Notes under the pieces: generated by a model
The model's input: the letters and a program-made list of their open reading frames with translations, nothing else
What the model was told of the DNA's origin: nothing
The model's database searches: none
Part shown: positions 30,040 through 42,492 of the stretch, in pieces
Numbering within the stretch: the first letter of the stretch is position 1
Layout of the letters: each line of letters opens with the position of its first letter
Source of the DNA: an uncultured Bacteroidales bacterium
GTDB taxonomy: Bacteria; Bacteroidota; Bacteroidia; Bacteroidales; UBA932
Assembly: GCA_944322805.1 (NCBI GenBank)
Contig: CALUQC010000117.1
Coordinates: forward strand, 169 to 64,168
Length of the DNA: 64,000 nt
Reading direction: 5' to 3'
Program-made: the position numbers and the translations under genes

Positions 30040-30666
30040 ATGGGTAAAAAGGGAATATTTTTCGACATGGACGGAGTGGTGATAGACAGTGCCCCGCTGT
30101 GGGACAGAATCATCTCCTTCCTTGTTTCCGGATACGCCCTGGATTTGTCCGTTCTGGACAGGGTGGACGACGGTTACAATCTTTCCACGAAGGAGGCCAT
30201 AAGGCTGGTACTGGAGGAAACAGGCCGTTTTTCAAAGCCGCTTTTCGATGAAATAATGTCTTGCGTCGACAGTGTGTATGCCGCCGGGATGCCGCATCTG
30301 ACAGCCCTTGAGCCGGGCATGTCGGAGACTCTCGGCATGTTGAAAGCCAAAGGCGCTGTCATGGCGTTGGTGAGCAATTCCTCCCGCAGCCAGGTGGAAA
30401 TGATTCTGGATTACTATCATTTGCGGGACTGTTTCCATACTGTGGTGACGGCCGATGACGTGACTAAGGGAAAGCCTGACGGTGAGCCGTACCGCAGGGC
30501 CATGGAACTGACCGGAATCCATGCTGACGAAGCCGTGGCCGTGGAGGATTCTCCCACCGGTGTCTACGCTGCCGAGGATGCCGGGATAGAGTGTCTCGTG
30601 GTGACGGCGTCGCCTGATTCCCGCAAGAATCTGTACGACAGACTATATGACATGGTTGCCGGATAA
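30040..30666 (+). CDS. HAD family phosphatase
   Basis: FDMDGV, VSNS, KGKPD, VEDS..G. Confidence 0.9.
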   Translation: MGKKGIFFDMDGVVIDSAPLWDRIISFLVSGYALDLSVLDRVDDGYNLSTKEAIRLVLEETGRFSKPLFDEIMSCVDSVYAAGMPHLTALEPGMSETLGMLKAKGAVMALVSNSSRSQVEMILDYYHLRDCFHTVVTADDVTKGKPDGEPYRRAMELTGIHADEAVAVEDSPTGVYAAEDAGIECLVVTASPDSRKNLYDRLYDMVAG

Positions 30667-30701
30667 CCGGATAATTTAACTTCAAAAATATTTTCAGGAA
30701 G

Positions 30702-31178
30702 ATGAAAAAGATCATTAACCCGTGGCTCGGACTGGAGTCCGAAGGCTACAACTGTTTCGGATGTGCGCCGACGAACAAGTACGGCCTTAAAATGGAATTT
30801 TATGAAGACGGGGACGACGTAGTATCATACTGGAATCCTTCTGACGACTATCAGGGCTGGCTTCATACCCTTCATGGCGGCATCCAGTCCACCATCATGG
30901 ATGAAATAGCCATGTGGGTCATCGCACGCAAGCTCCAGACTTCGGGCATGACGACCAGGATGGAAATCAAATTCAGAAAGCCTGTTCCGACTGGTCCGGA
31001 CGTGAAAATAGAAGTCCGTTCGCATATCAAGGAGATGAAAAGAAATTTCGCCATCCTCGATGCTGCGATCATGCACGGGGGAGAGGTATGCTCGGAGGCG
31101 GAAATAACGTATTTCTGTTTTCCTAAAGAAAAAGCAGCCTCGGACTTTTATTTCCGCGGCTGCAATGTAGAAGAGTAA
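30702..31178 (+). CDS. PaaI family (hotdog) thioesterase
   Basis: CFGC..N..GL, LHGGIQSTIMDE. Confidence 0.88.
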   Translation: MKKIINPWLGLESEGYNCFGCAPTNKYGLKMEFYEDGDDVVSYWNPSDDYQGWLHTLHGGIQSTIMDEIAMWVIARKLQTSGMTTRMEIKFRKPVPTGPDVKIEVRSHIKEMKRNFAILDAAIMHGGEVCSEAEITYFCFPKEKAASDFYFRGCNVEE

Positions 31179-31199
31179 GAGGGTGACCCCGAAACCTTT

Positions 31200-31631
31200 T
31201 TAATCGTTTCCGGCAGGCTTTTCCGCCAGGGCAAATGAAAGATCGCCGCGGCAGCAAAGTTTGCCGTTTACTTTGAGGACCGCTTCCGTAAAGAAGATGT
31301 TGCCCCTTCTTCCGGTCAGCTTTGCAGTCACCTCGCAGAGATCGCCCGGACGTACCATATTCTTGAACTTGACGTTGTTGATACCCGTGTAAAGGGTCAT
31401 CTTGCCCTTTACTTCATCCTTGACAAGAAGAACGCAGCTCTGGGCCATGATTTCGCACTGGATGACTCCCGGGACGATAGGATTGCCCGGAAAATGTCCC
31501 CTGCAGAAGAATTCATCTTCCCTGATGCGGTATTTGGCGTGAGCCACACCTTCGTCATCGATTTCTATTTCATCCACGAGCAGCATCGGCTCGCGGTGAG
31601 GCATATATTCCTTGAGTTCTTCTCTGTTCAT
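31200..31631 (-). CDS. fabZ: 3-hydroxyacyl-ACP dehydratase
   Basis: PHREPMLLVD, GHFPGNPIVPGVIQCEIMAQ, VRPGD; start moved to MNREEL. Confidence 0.92.
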   Translation of the reverse strand: MNREELKEYMPHREPMLLVDEIEIDDEGVAHAKYRIREDEFFCRGHFPGNPIVPGVIQCEIMAQSCVLLVKDEVKGKMTLYTGINNVKFKNMVRPGDLCEVTAKLTGRRGNIFFTEAVLKVNGKLCCRGDLSFALAEKPAGND

Positions 31632-31659
31632 ATGCTTTTCTGATATTTCGGGTTGTGCG

Positions 31660-32910
31660 CTATTCTGCCTTGCGGAAGGCAATGCAGCCGTTGTGTCCTC
31701 CGAATCCGAGGGAGTCGGAAATGGCGATGGTAAGATCCACCTTCTCAGCCTTGTTCGGAGTGTAGTTCAGGTCGCATTCCGGATCCGGCGTGTCGAGGTT
31801 GATGGTAGGAGGCACGATGCCGTTCTTCAATGCCAGTATGCTTGCGATGGCTTCTACTGCACCGGCAGCACCGAGCATGTGTCCCGTCATGGATTTCGTG
31901 GAGCTGATATGTGCCTTGCGGGCGTTTTCTTCACCCATTGCAAGTTTGAATGCAGCCGTTTCAGAAGAATCGTTCAGATGTGTTCCGGTACCGTGCGCAT
32001 TGATGTAAAGCACATCCTTGTCGTTGTACCCGGCCTCGGTGAGAGCCATTTCTATGGCTTTTGCCTGGGTTACGCCGTCTGGTCTCGGAGCTGTCACGTG
32101 ATGTGCGTCATTCGTGTTTCCATAGCCGCAGATTTCAGCGAAAATCTGTGCTCCGCGAGCCTTTGCATGTTCGTATTCCTCGAGAATAATCATTCCGGCG
32201 CCTTCCGCCATTACGAAGCCGGCCCTGTTGAGGTTGAAAGGAAGTGAAGCATATTTCGGATCCTCGGCTTTTGAAAGGGCCTTGGCGTTTGCGAAACCTG
32301 CTATTCCGAGAGGAATGGTGGCAGCCTCGGAGCCTCCGGCAATGATGGCGTCTGCATAGCCATGCTTGATGGCGCGGTACGCCTCGCCGATGGCATGCGT
32401 CGAAGTGGCGCAGGCTGTGACGATGTCAAGGCTCGGACCGCAGGCCTTGTTCCTTATGGCTACGTTGCCGGTAGCGATGTTGGATATCATGGTCGGGATG
32501 AAAAGAGGGGAAATCCACTTGGCGCCGTCCTTGATCATTTTTTCAGTTTCCCTGTACTGGGTGGTGAAGCCTCCGATTCCGGAACCTACATATACCCCGA
32601 ATCTGAACGGATCTATGTTTCCGCCCTCGTCCGAGTTGAGCCCCGACTGCTTTACGGCTTCATATGCGGCAGCCACCGCATATACGGTAAACTTGTCCTG
32701 CTTGCGTGCAAAAGCCGGCTCTATGCCGTAGTCTGCGGGATTGAAGTTCTTTACCTCGCCGGCTATCTTTACCGGAAGATCATCAGTCGGAAACGCCTTG
32801 ATGAAGTCTATGCCGCAGACCCCGTCCATAAGGCTTTTCCAGAAATCGGCTACATTGTTTCCTACGGGAGATACTACTCCCATGCCTGTTACAACTACTC
32901 TTTTATTCAT
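31660..32910 (-). CDS. fabF: Beta-ketoacyl-ACP synthase II
   Basis: RVVVTGMG, TACATS, INAHGTGT, KSMTGHMLGAAG, GFGGHN. Confidence 0.96.
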   Translation of the reverse strand: MNKRVVVTGMGVVSPVGNNVADFWKSLMDGVCGIDFIKAFPTDDLPVKIAGEVKNFNPADYGIEPAFARKQDKFTVYAVAAAYEAVKQSGLNSDEGGNIDPFRFGVYVGSGIGGFTTQYRETEKMIKDGAKWISPLFIPTMISNIATGNVAIRNKACGPSLDIVTACATSTHAIGEAYRAIKHGYADAIIAGGSEAATIPLGIAGFANAKALSKAEDPKYASLPFNLNRAGFVMAEGAGMIILEEYEHAKARGAQIFAEICGYGNTNDAHHVTAPRPDGVTQAKAIEMALTEAGYNDKDVLYINAHGTGTHLNDSSETAAFKLAMGEENARKAHISSTKSMTGHMLGAAGAVEAIASILALKNGIVPPTINLDTPDPECDLNYTPNKAEKVDLTIAISDSLGFGGHNGCIAFRKAE

Positions 32911-32955
32911 CTCTTGAAGTTTTAGTACATTCTTAATGTAATTAATAATGTCCCG

Positions 32956-33903
32956 TTACCACTCTAATACGGCGGCTCCGGAAATGAAACCTGCTCCGAA
33001 TGCGCTGAGCGCCAGTATGTCACCTTTCTTGATGGTGCCGTTCCTGCTGCATTCGTCCAATAGTATCGGGCAGCTTGCGGACGAGGAGTTCCCGTGATTC
33101 TCCACGTTGTGCGGGAACTTTTCATCCGGCTGCTCGAGCTGGTCCTTTATGGCGTTGATGATGCGGATGTTGGCCTGGTGCAGGAGGAACTTGTCCACGT
33201 CGTTTGGCGTCATGCCCAATTCATTGAGCAGATATTTGATGTCCCCGCTTGAAGCCTTCACGGCAAACTTGAATACATCCTGGCCTTTCATCTGGAGCGG
33301 AATATTTACATCTTCCTTGGTGATGTACGGAGTCGGCTCCAGCGCCCTGATCTGATACAACTTGTCGGTGGCGCTTGCTGCCGATAGTTTGGTGCCCTTG
33401 ATATTGTTTCCTTCCGTCAGCACTGCCGCACCGGCCCCGTCGCCGAACAGGACACATACGTTCCTGTCTTTCCAACTCGTCATCCTCGTAGGCTCCTCCG
33501 CGCATACTATCAGCACGTTCCTGACTTTGCCCGCCTTGCTGTACGACTCTGCCAGGTCGAGGGCGTATATGAAGCCTGCGCACGCACAGTTTATGTCTAT
33601 ACATGGGCAGGCGGCTCCTATGCCTCCCTGGATAATACAGCTCAATGACGGAGTTACATATTCGTTGACGACATTAGAGCAGATGATGAAATCCAGTTCT
33701 TCCGCTTTCATTCCGGCGTCGTCGAGGGCCTTTTTTGCAGCCTCGATGGCCATGTCTTCCAACTTTTCATCAGAAATGACATGCCTGCACTTGATGCCGG
33801 TCCTCGGTGAGATCCATGCGTCGCTCGTGTCGAGAAATTCTGAAAGCATGTCGTTTGTGACAATTTTCTTAGGAATTACACTTCCCGTTCCAATGATTTT
33901 CAT
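32956..33903 (-). CDS. fabH: Beta-ketoacyl-ACP synthase III
   Basis: Cys-His-Asn triad: ACAGF, HQAN, GNSSSAS; FGDGAGA. Confidence 0.94.
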   Translation of the reverse strand: MKIIGTGSVIPKKIVTNDMLSEFLDTSDAWISPRTGIKCRHVISDEKLEDMAIEAAKKALDDAGMKAEELDFIICSNVVNEYVTPSLSCIIQGGIGAACPCIDINCACAGFIYALDLAESYSKAGKVRNVLIVCAEEPTRMTSWKDRNVCVLFGDGAGAAVLTEGNNIKGTKLSAASATDKLYQIRALEPTPYITKEDVNIPLQMKGQDVFKFAVKASSGDIKYLLNELGMTPNDVDKFLLHQANIRIINAIKDQLEQPDEKFPHNVENHGNSSSASCPILLDECSRNGTIKKGDILALSAFGAGFISGAAVLEW

Positions 33904-33937
33904 ACTCTATATGATATAACTTTTTTCTTAAATCATA

Positions 33938-33945
33938 CAAAAATA
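33938..33945 (-). promoter_or_regulatory. -7 element (TATTTTTG) of the fabHFZ promoter
   Basis: TAnnTTTG about 35 bp upstream of fabH. Confidence 0.6.
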
Positions 33946-33970
33946 GTCGCTATTTCCCGAAGTGTAAAAT

Positions 33971-34040
33971 GTTTGTGGCAATTCCTTGAAATTTGTGGCA
34001 TACAGACTGCAAATGTGGCGAAATTTCTTTATTTGTGGTA
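33971..34040. promoter_or_regulatory. Four direct repeats with exact 20-bp period; putative LytTR operator
   Basis: GTTTGTGGCA (33971), ATTTGTGGCA (33991), AAATGTGGCG (34011), ATTTGTGGTA (34031). Confidence 0.7.
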
Positions 34041-34076
34041 AAAATCCTATATTTGCAGTGACAAAATCCTGCCGTG

Positions 34077-34964
34077 ATGCTCCGTAAGCTGCCGAGATAC
34101 CTTGTAGAAAAGCATCAGCTCACAGGTACGGTTACCTTTGCCGTGCTATTTGCGCTGATTTTCCTGAATATTGTCGTTCCGTTTTCGGATACGGCATGGT
34201 TCCGGCTCGGAAATTCGCAGATGTTCCTTTTTACTGCGGGATTCGTCTTCATCGCCATACTGATACTTGTACTAAGCCGGACGGTCATGTACAGGGTCGG
34301 CAAGTCCTGCGATTTCACCTATCTGTCATATACGCTCTGGTGCCTTTCCGAGGTCATTCTGATTTGCCTGTTCTATACGTTCGTTACGGTGGAGATTGTC
34401 GGCTGCACGGACATGTCCCGGATGCATGTCTTTCTGAAATCACTTGCATACGGAATCGTATCCCTGATAATACCATACATACTGTCCGGAATGTACTTCG
34501 CTATCATCGACAAGGACAGGACCATCCGCCTGATGAACTGCAGCAATGTCGTGTCCGACGAAGCCGATACGGCTAAGGAGGAAGACAAGATCACGCTTTT
34601 CGACAGCAGCGGGGCATTGAGATTGTCCGTCAGGACTGCAAACCTCTATTATATAGAGTCCAACGACAATTATATAAAGGTCTGGTACGCCGACTCCAGG
34701 GGTGAAATGAAGACATACATGCTCAGATGCCGCCTGAAAACGGTGGAGCAGAATTTCAGGGAGGGCGGGCCTTTGGTCAGGTGCCACAGAAAGTATGTCG
34801 TGAATCTCGACAGGGTAAAGGTGTTGAGAAAAGAAAGGGACGGCTATCGTCTCGATCTGGACAATGACGCCATCCCTTCGCTTTCGGTTTCCCGGACTTA
34901 TGAGCAGAATGTCCTGTCCCGTTTCCTTTCGGCCAGTCCGGAAAAGATAGCCGGGGCGGAATAG
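34077..34964 (+). CDS. Membrane-anchored LytTR family transcriptional regulator
   Basis: Four N-terminal TM segments; LYYIESNDNYI, LVRCHRKYVVNL, VSRTY LytTR motifs. Confidence 0.9.
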   Translation: MLRKLPRYLVEKHQLTGTVTFAVLFALIFLNIVVPFSDTAWFRLGNSQMFLFTAGFVFIAILILVLSRTVMYRVGKSCDFTYLSYTLWCLSEVILICLFYTFVTVEIVGCTDMSRMHVFLKSLAYGIVSLIIPYILSGMYFAIIDKDRTIRLMNCSNVVSDEADTAKEEDKITLFDSSGALRLSVRTANLYYIESNDNYIKVWYADSRGEMKTYMLRCRLKTVEQNFREGGPLVRCHRKYVVNLDRVKVLRKERDGYRLDLDNDAIPSLSVSRTYEQNVLSRFLSASPEKIAGAE

Positions 34965-34968
34965 TCCG

Positions 34969-35409
34969 TCAGCGGCGTTTTCTTCTTGCTCCCCTGATCC
35001 GCGATGCCGCCTGGACCATGGCCTCGTCAAGGAATATGTTCCTGGCTGCGAGTATGTCCAGAATGGCTGCAATGACAGGGAATACTGCCGTGAAAGAATA
35101 GACCATGCTGTCCTTTATGACACCCTCCGGCGGGAAGAAGTAGTCCACTCCTATCCATATCTGGAAGGCCACGAGCACTATCGCGGAAATGATGCACAGT
35201 CTCATCTGTATCATTCGCGCCTTGAACAGGGCGAGACACATGACGTGCGCGATGAAAGTCATGATGGTGAACAGCAGGTACGGTGTATATTCACGGTAAA
35301 GGATGACTCCTTCGCCCTCTCCGAAAACCGTTGCGAACCTGCTGAAGAACAGCGATCCTATCAGGACGGTAGCGATCGCCAAATACAAGGTCTGTATGCG
35401 CTGCCACAT
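34969..35409 (-). CDS. DUF4293 family membrane protein
   Basis: MWQRIQTLYL N-terminus and LAARNIFLDEAMVQAASRIR C-terminus. Confidence 0.85.
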   Translation of the reverse strand: MWQRIQTLYLAIATVLIGSLFFSRFATVFGEGEGVILYREYTPYLLFTIMTFIAHVMCLALFKARMIQMRLCIISAIVLVAFQIWIGVDYFFPPEGVIKDSMVYSFTAVFPVIAAILDILAARNIFLDEAMVQAASRIRGARRKRR

Positions 35410-35446
35410 ATTGGTGTACTTTTTCGGTTTGCAAACATACTAAAAA

Positions 35447-35478
35447 TGGTGCTGACTTGAAAATAAAAGTCAGCACCA
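35447..35478 (-). terminator. Intrinsic terminator of the GH2 gene
   Basis: TGGTGCTGACTT/AAGTCAGCACCA stem followed by TTTTT on the minus strand. Confidence 0.8.
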
Positions 35479-35527
35479 ATGTCAATCCGGCGAACTTGCG
35501 GCGCCATGGACCGGGCTCACCCCTGCT

Positions 35528-38656
<3,129 letters not shown>

Positions 38657-38777
38657 TTAGTGTATTTGAAAATTAAATGTGTTGTCCACGTAAAATTTCA
38701 AGTTTGCTAAGATAGTCAAATTTTATTGCAAACCCGCATTGCCGCGCATAAATGCCCGCATATTGTTCGGCCGGAAT

Positions 38778-38862
38778 CAGAAACTGCACTGAAATTTTTC
38801 AATATGGATTTTATTAAGTATTTTCGGGGAGAAATTTCCTGAAAATTTCAAGACAAGTTTCA
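38778..38862. repeat. Inverted pair of dispersed-element copies flanking a conserved core
   Basis: Minus copy ATATTGAAAAATTTCAGTGCAGTTTCTG (38778-38805), plus copy CTGAAAATTTCAAGACAAGTTTCA (38839-38862); core homologous to 14017-14066. Confidence 0.75.
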
Positions 38863-38886
38863 TAACCATAACCATATTTTATAGAA

Positions 38887-40572
38887 ATGAATTTTTTTAG
38901 CCGAATCATGATTGCCGTTTCGGGAACGGCAGTTTCAGTTCTCAGCCTCGGTGCCGTGAACATAGTGCCAATGCCTGCCGAGATGAAAGAAAACCGGGCA
39001 GTCGTGCAGCTCCCGTCGGACAAATTGAAAGTATATGCCGCAGACCCTGCCTTGGAGCCCCTCGTGGATGTCTGGGCGGAATTTCTCGGGAAACCGTATC
39101 GTCCGGGGACGGAAAAGCTGTCTACAGGTTTTACAAGGATCGTATCGGAAACCGTCCTGCCGAAAATCAGGGAAGCCAGGGACATGTCTGCGGCTGACAT
39201 CAGGTTGGACATCGACAGGTCACTTGCGGAAGAAGAGTATGTACTGACAATAAGTCCGGAGGAAAAGGTAGTCATAAGCGGAGGGACCGCAAAGGGAGTA
39301 TGGTGGGGCATGCAGACTCTCAGCCAGATACTCGTGCAGTCGGCTGCTTCTGCCGGAGACGGGAAGCCGCTTTCTCTTCCGGGCCTGTATGTCAGGGACA
39401 AGCCGCATTTCTCATACAGGGGTGCGCATTTCGATCCGTGCCGGCATTTCTTCACCGTGGATGAGCTTAAGACTTTCATCGACATCATGGCCCTGCACAA
39501 GCTGAATACCCTGCACTGGCACCTTACGGATGACCAGGGCTGGAGAATCGAAATCGAAAAATATCCTCTTCTTACCAAGGTCGGCACGGTGAGAAAGGAA
39601 ACGAAGGTGGGCCATATCAATGACAAGGAAGCCGGCTATGACGGGATTCCTTACGGCAAGGGATGCTACTATACAAAGAAGGATGTACGGGAAGTCCTCG
39701 AATATGCTTCTGCCCGCCAGATTACGGTGATACCGGAAATAGAAATGCCGGGACATGCCGTGGCCGCCCTGACGAGCTATCCGTGGCTCGGATGTACGGG
39801 AGGTCCGTACGAGGTGTGGACCACCTGGGGCGTAAGTGAAGACGTGTTCTGTATAGGAAAGGAGACTACGTTTGATTTCCTCGAGGATGTCCTGGACGAG
39901 ATTTGCGAGATGTTCCCGTCGGAATACATTCACATCGGGGGCGACGAATGCCCGTCCGTCAGATGGAAAGACTGCCCGGACTGCCGGAAACGGATGCAGG
40001 AAGAAGGCCTGGAGTCGGAGCGCCAGCTGCAGGGATACCTTCTGCACAGAATCGAGAAATATCTGAATGACAAGGGCCGGAAGATCATCGGCTGGGACGA
40101 AATCCTGGAGGCGGGAGTGACTCCGACCGCGACTGTCATGTCCTGGAGAGGTCCGGAAGGCGGAATAGCGGCGGCAAAGCAGGGAAATGACGTGATAATG
40201 GCCCCGAATATCTATTTCTACCTGGACTACTATCAGACTGCCGATCCCAAGGCAAACGGCGAGCCGCTCGGCATAGGCGGTTACGTGCCTCTCGAGAAGT
40301 GCTATTCGTTCGATCCGTATGACAGGCTCAACGAGAATACGAAGAAACATATCAAAGGTATTCAGGCCAACACCTGGAGCGAATATATCGCATCGTTCGA
40401 CCATTACCAGCACATGGACCTGCCGCGTTTTTCCGCCCTTTCGGAAGTGGCGTGGAGCGAGGACAAGACCTCATATGAAGATTTCCTGTCCCGCGTGACG
40501 GCTTCCATGAAGCCCATGTACGAGTATTTCGGCTACATTTATGCTCCTTATGTTTTCGAAGGGATAAAATAA
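38887..40572 (+). CDS. Beta-N-acetylhexosaminidase, GH20
   Basis: HWHLTDDQGWR, PEIEMPGH, IHIGGDE catalytic motif; signal peptide. Confidence 0.95.
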   Translation: MNFFSRIMIAVSGTAVSVLSLGAVNIVPMPAEMKENRAVVQLPSDKLKVYAADPALEPLVDVWAEFLGKPYRPGTEKLSTGFTRIVSETVLPKIREARDMSAADIRLDIDRSLAEEEYVLTISPEEKVVISGGTAKGVWWGMQTLSQILVQSAASAGDGKPLSLPGLYVRDKPHFSYRGAHFDPCRHFFTVDELKTFIDIMALHKLNTLHWHLTDDQGWRIEIEKYPLLTKVGTVRKETKVGHINDKEAGYDGIPYGKGCYYTKKDVREVLEYASARQITVIPEIEMPGHAVAALTSYPWLGCTGGPYEVWTTWGVSEDVFCIGKETTFDFLEDVLDEICEMFPSEYIHIGGDECPSVRWKDCPDCRKRMQEEGLESERQLQGYLLHRIEKYLNDKGRKIIGWDEILEAGVTPTATVMSWRGPEGGIAAAKQGNDVIMAPNIYFYLDYYQTADPKANGEPLGIGGYVPLEKCYSFDPYDRLNENTKKHIKGIQANTWSEYIASFDHYQHMDLPRFSALSEVAWSEDKTSYEDFLSRVTASMKPMYEYFGYIYAPYVFEGIK

Positions 40573-40635
40573 AGCCGGGACCCGTACCGGGCGATATCCG
40601 AAATCTTGAATACTGAAAACCAAAAGCAGAAAATT

Positions 40636-41502
40636 ATGATACCGGAATCCGAACTGATTATCAATGACGACGGCTCTGTTTTCCATCTTCATTTGAGACC
40701 TGAGGAGCTTGCCGACAACGTTATCCTCGTGGGTGACCCAGGAAGGGTGGACATGATATCGGAATACCTGGAGGACAAGGAATTCCGCCATCAGTCGAGG
40801 GAATTCGTCTCCGTCACGGGCAAATACGGGGGAAAGAGGGTGTCCGTCCTCTCCACCGGGATCGGGACGGACAATATAGACATCGTGATGAACGAGCTTG
40901 ACGCCCTGGCCAATATAGACTTTTCCACAAGGGAGATCAGGGACAGAAAAAAATCCCTGAATATTTTGAGAATAGGCACATCCGGCGCCATCCAGCCTGA
41001 TATCCCGGTGGGATCGTTCGTCTTTTCTCATATTTCCGTCGGATGTGACGGGCTTCTGAACTGGTATGCCGACAGGGACAGGATAGCCATCCCGGATATC
41101 GAGGAGGCTTTCAAGGCGCATACGGGCTGGAACAGGCATCTCCCTGATCCGTATTTCGTCAGGGCGGGGGAGGACATGTCCTCCAGATTCCTCGACTGTA
41201 CCGTCAAGGGTATGACTGTCGCTGCATCAGGATTTTACGGGCCGCAGGGGAGAGTGCTCAGGATGCCTCTGGCAATGCCGGACATGCTCGACACCTTCGC
41301 TTCTTTCCGTTTCGACGGGTGGCGTGTGACCAATTTTGAAATGGAAGGCTCGGCTATTGCCGGGATTGCCGCCCATCTCGGGCACAATGCCGGTACGGTC
41401 TGCTGCATCATCGCCAACCGTTATCTCAAATCCAGCAATCCTGACTACAAACCGTATATCCGCAGCCTCATAGAGCTTTCTCTTGACCGCCTGACCCGAT
41501 AA
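40636..41502 (+). CDS. Nucleoside phosphorylase (uridine phosphorylase-like)
   Basis: VGDPGRV, STGIGTDN, RIGTSG, GFYGPQGR, NFEME; start moved to MIPESEL. Confidence 0.9.
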   Translation: MIPESELIINDDGSVFHLHLRPEELADNVILVGDPGRVDMISEYLEDKEFRHQSREFVSVTGKYGGKRVSVLSTGIGTDNIDIVMNELDALANIDFSTREIRDRKKSLNILRIGTSGAIQPDIPVGSFVFSHISVGCDGLLNWYADRDRIAIPDIEEAFKAHTGWNRHLPDPYFVRAGEDMSSRFLDCTVKGMTVAASGFYGPQGRVLRMPLAMPDMLDTFASFRFDGWRVTNFEMEGSAIAGIAAHLGHNAGTVCCIIANRYLKSSNPDYKPYIRSLIELSLDRLTR

Positions 41503-41535
41503 TTAATTGTTACATTTATGGAACTGTACCGGATA

Positions 41536-42492
41536 TTATTCCCCGTACAGTTCCTTTCTTGTCTGGCTTCCGGTCCTGACTATGGACGGGTCGTCTATGG
41601 TCATGTCGACGATGTATCCGGCCCGTTCCATTACGTTCCTTTGCATGAAGTCGAACTGATAGCCGGTGGTGCTGCCCATTATCGAGGCTATTTCATGTCC
41701 GCACCCTTCATATCTCAGGATATTGTAGCAGTATCCGAATTTTTCGAATCTGGCGGCAATCTTGTCCGAACCGAAAAATCCGAGGTTGAAAAAACGTATC
41801 TGAGTGTAGTTCACCAATTTGTCATCTGTCCCGTGGAACATCAGGGTAGGGGCTGGGCTTTCCGCGTATTTCAGTTTCCCGTGGCGGGACAATATGCCTC
41901 CGGAGAAGGAAATTACTCCTGCATAGCGGAAGTTTTCCGGCAGGATTCCGGCTGTGCCTGTCCTGTTGCACAGTTCGTAATCCGCCTGCAGGACCGTGAT
42001 GGCGCCTGCAGACGAGCCGCAGATTACAATGTTGTCAGGATTTATTTCCAGGGCACCGGCATTGTCTATGATGTATCTCGTGGCGCTGAACAGGTCTTCT
42101 ACGGCCATGTGTATTGCCCTGTCCAGGGCATTCACCTGTGCGATTCCCACTTTCGTTTCCCCTTTCAGCCCGAGCCTGTAATCTATGGCCACGACCTTGT
42201 ATCCGTTGTCTGTCAGTTGCTTGTACCACGGCAGCAGATAGGGGTCATCCCTCGTGCCGGATATGAAGCCGCCTCCGAATACGAAAATCACTGTCGGTTT
42301 TTCCCTGTCTCCGACAAAGGTCCCGCTTCCTTCCGCAGGATTGTAGACATCCATGAAAAGTTCGCAAGTGTCCCTTTCCGCGAACATGTATGTCCCGTCC
42401 GGACAGATCGCAGGTGAATCTTCCCCGGCTGCTGCTCCGCATGTCGCAGCAATGGCAATGACTGCTGCCGCTATCGTTGTTTTCCTTAACAT
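41536..42492 (-). CDS. Exported alpha/beta hydrolase (carboxylesterase-like)
   Basis: FGGGF oxyanion motif, GSSAG nucleophile, HGTDD, GHE; signal peptide. Confidence 0.88.
   Translation of the reverse strand: MLRKTTIAAAVIAIAATCGAAAGEDSPAICPDGTYMFAERDTCELFMDVYNPAEGSGTFVGDREKPTVIFVFGGGFISGTRDDPYLLPWYKQLTDNGYKVVAIDYRLGLKGETKVGIAQVNALDRAIHMAVEDLFSATRYIIDNAGALEINPDNIVICGSSAGAITVLQADYELCNRTGTAGILPENFRYAGVISFSGGILSRHGKLKYAESPAPTLMFHGTDDKLVNYTQIRFFNLGFFGSDKIAARFEKFGYCYNILRYEGCGHEIASIMGSTTGYQFDFMQRNVMERAGYIVDMTIDDPSIVRTGSQTRKELYGE

Noticed and set aside
33971-34040. Mini-CRISPR or replication iterons
   Set aside because: Repeats are only about 10 bp with 10-bp spacers and there is no cas or rep gene; an operator beside a LytTR gene fits better
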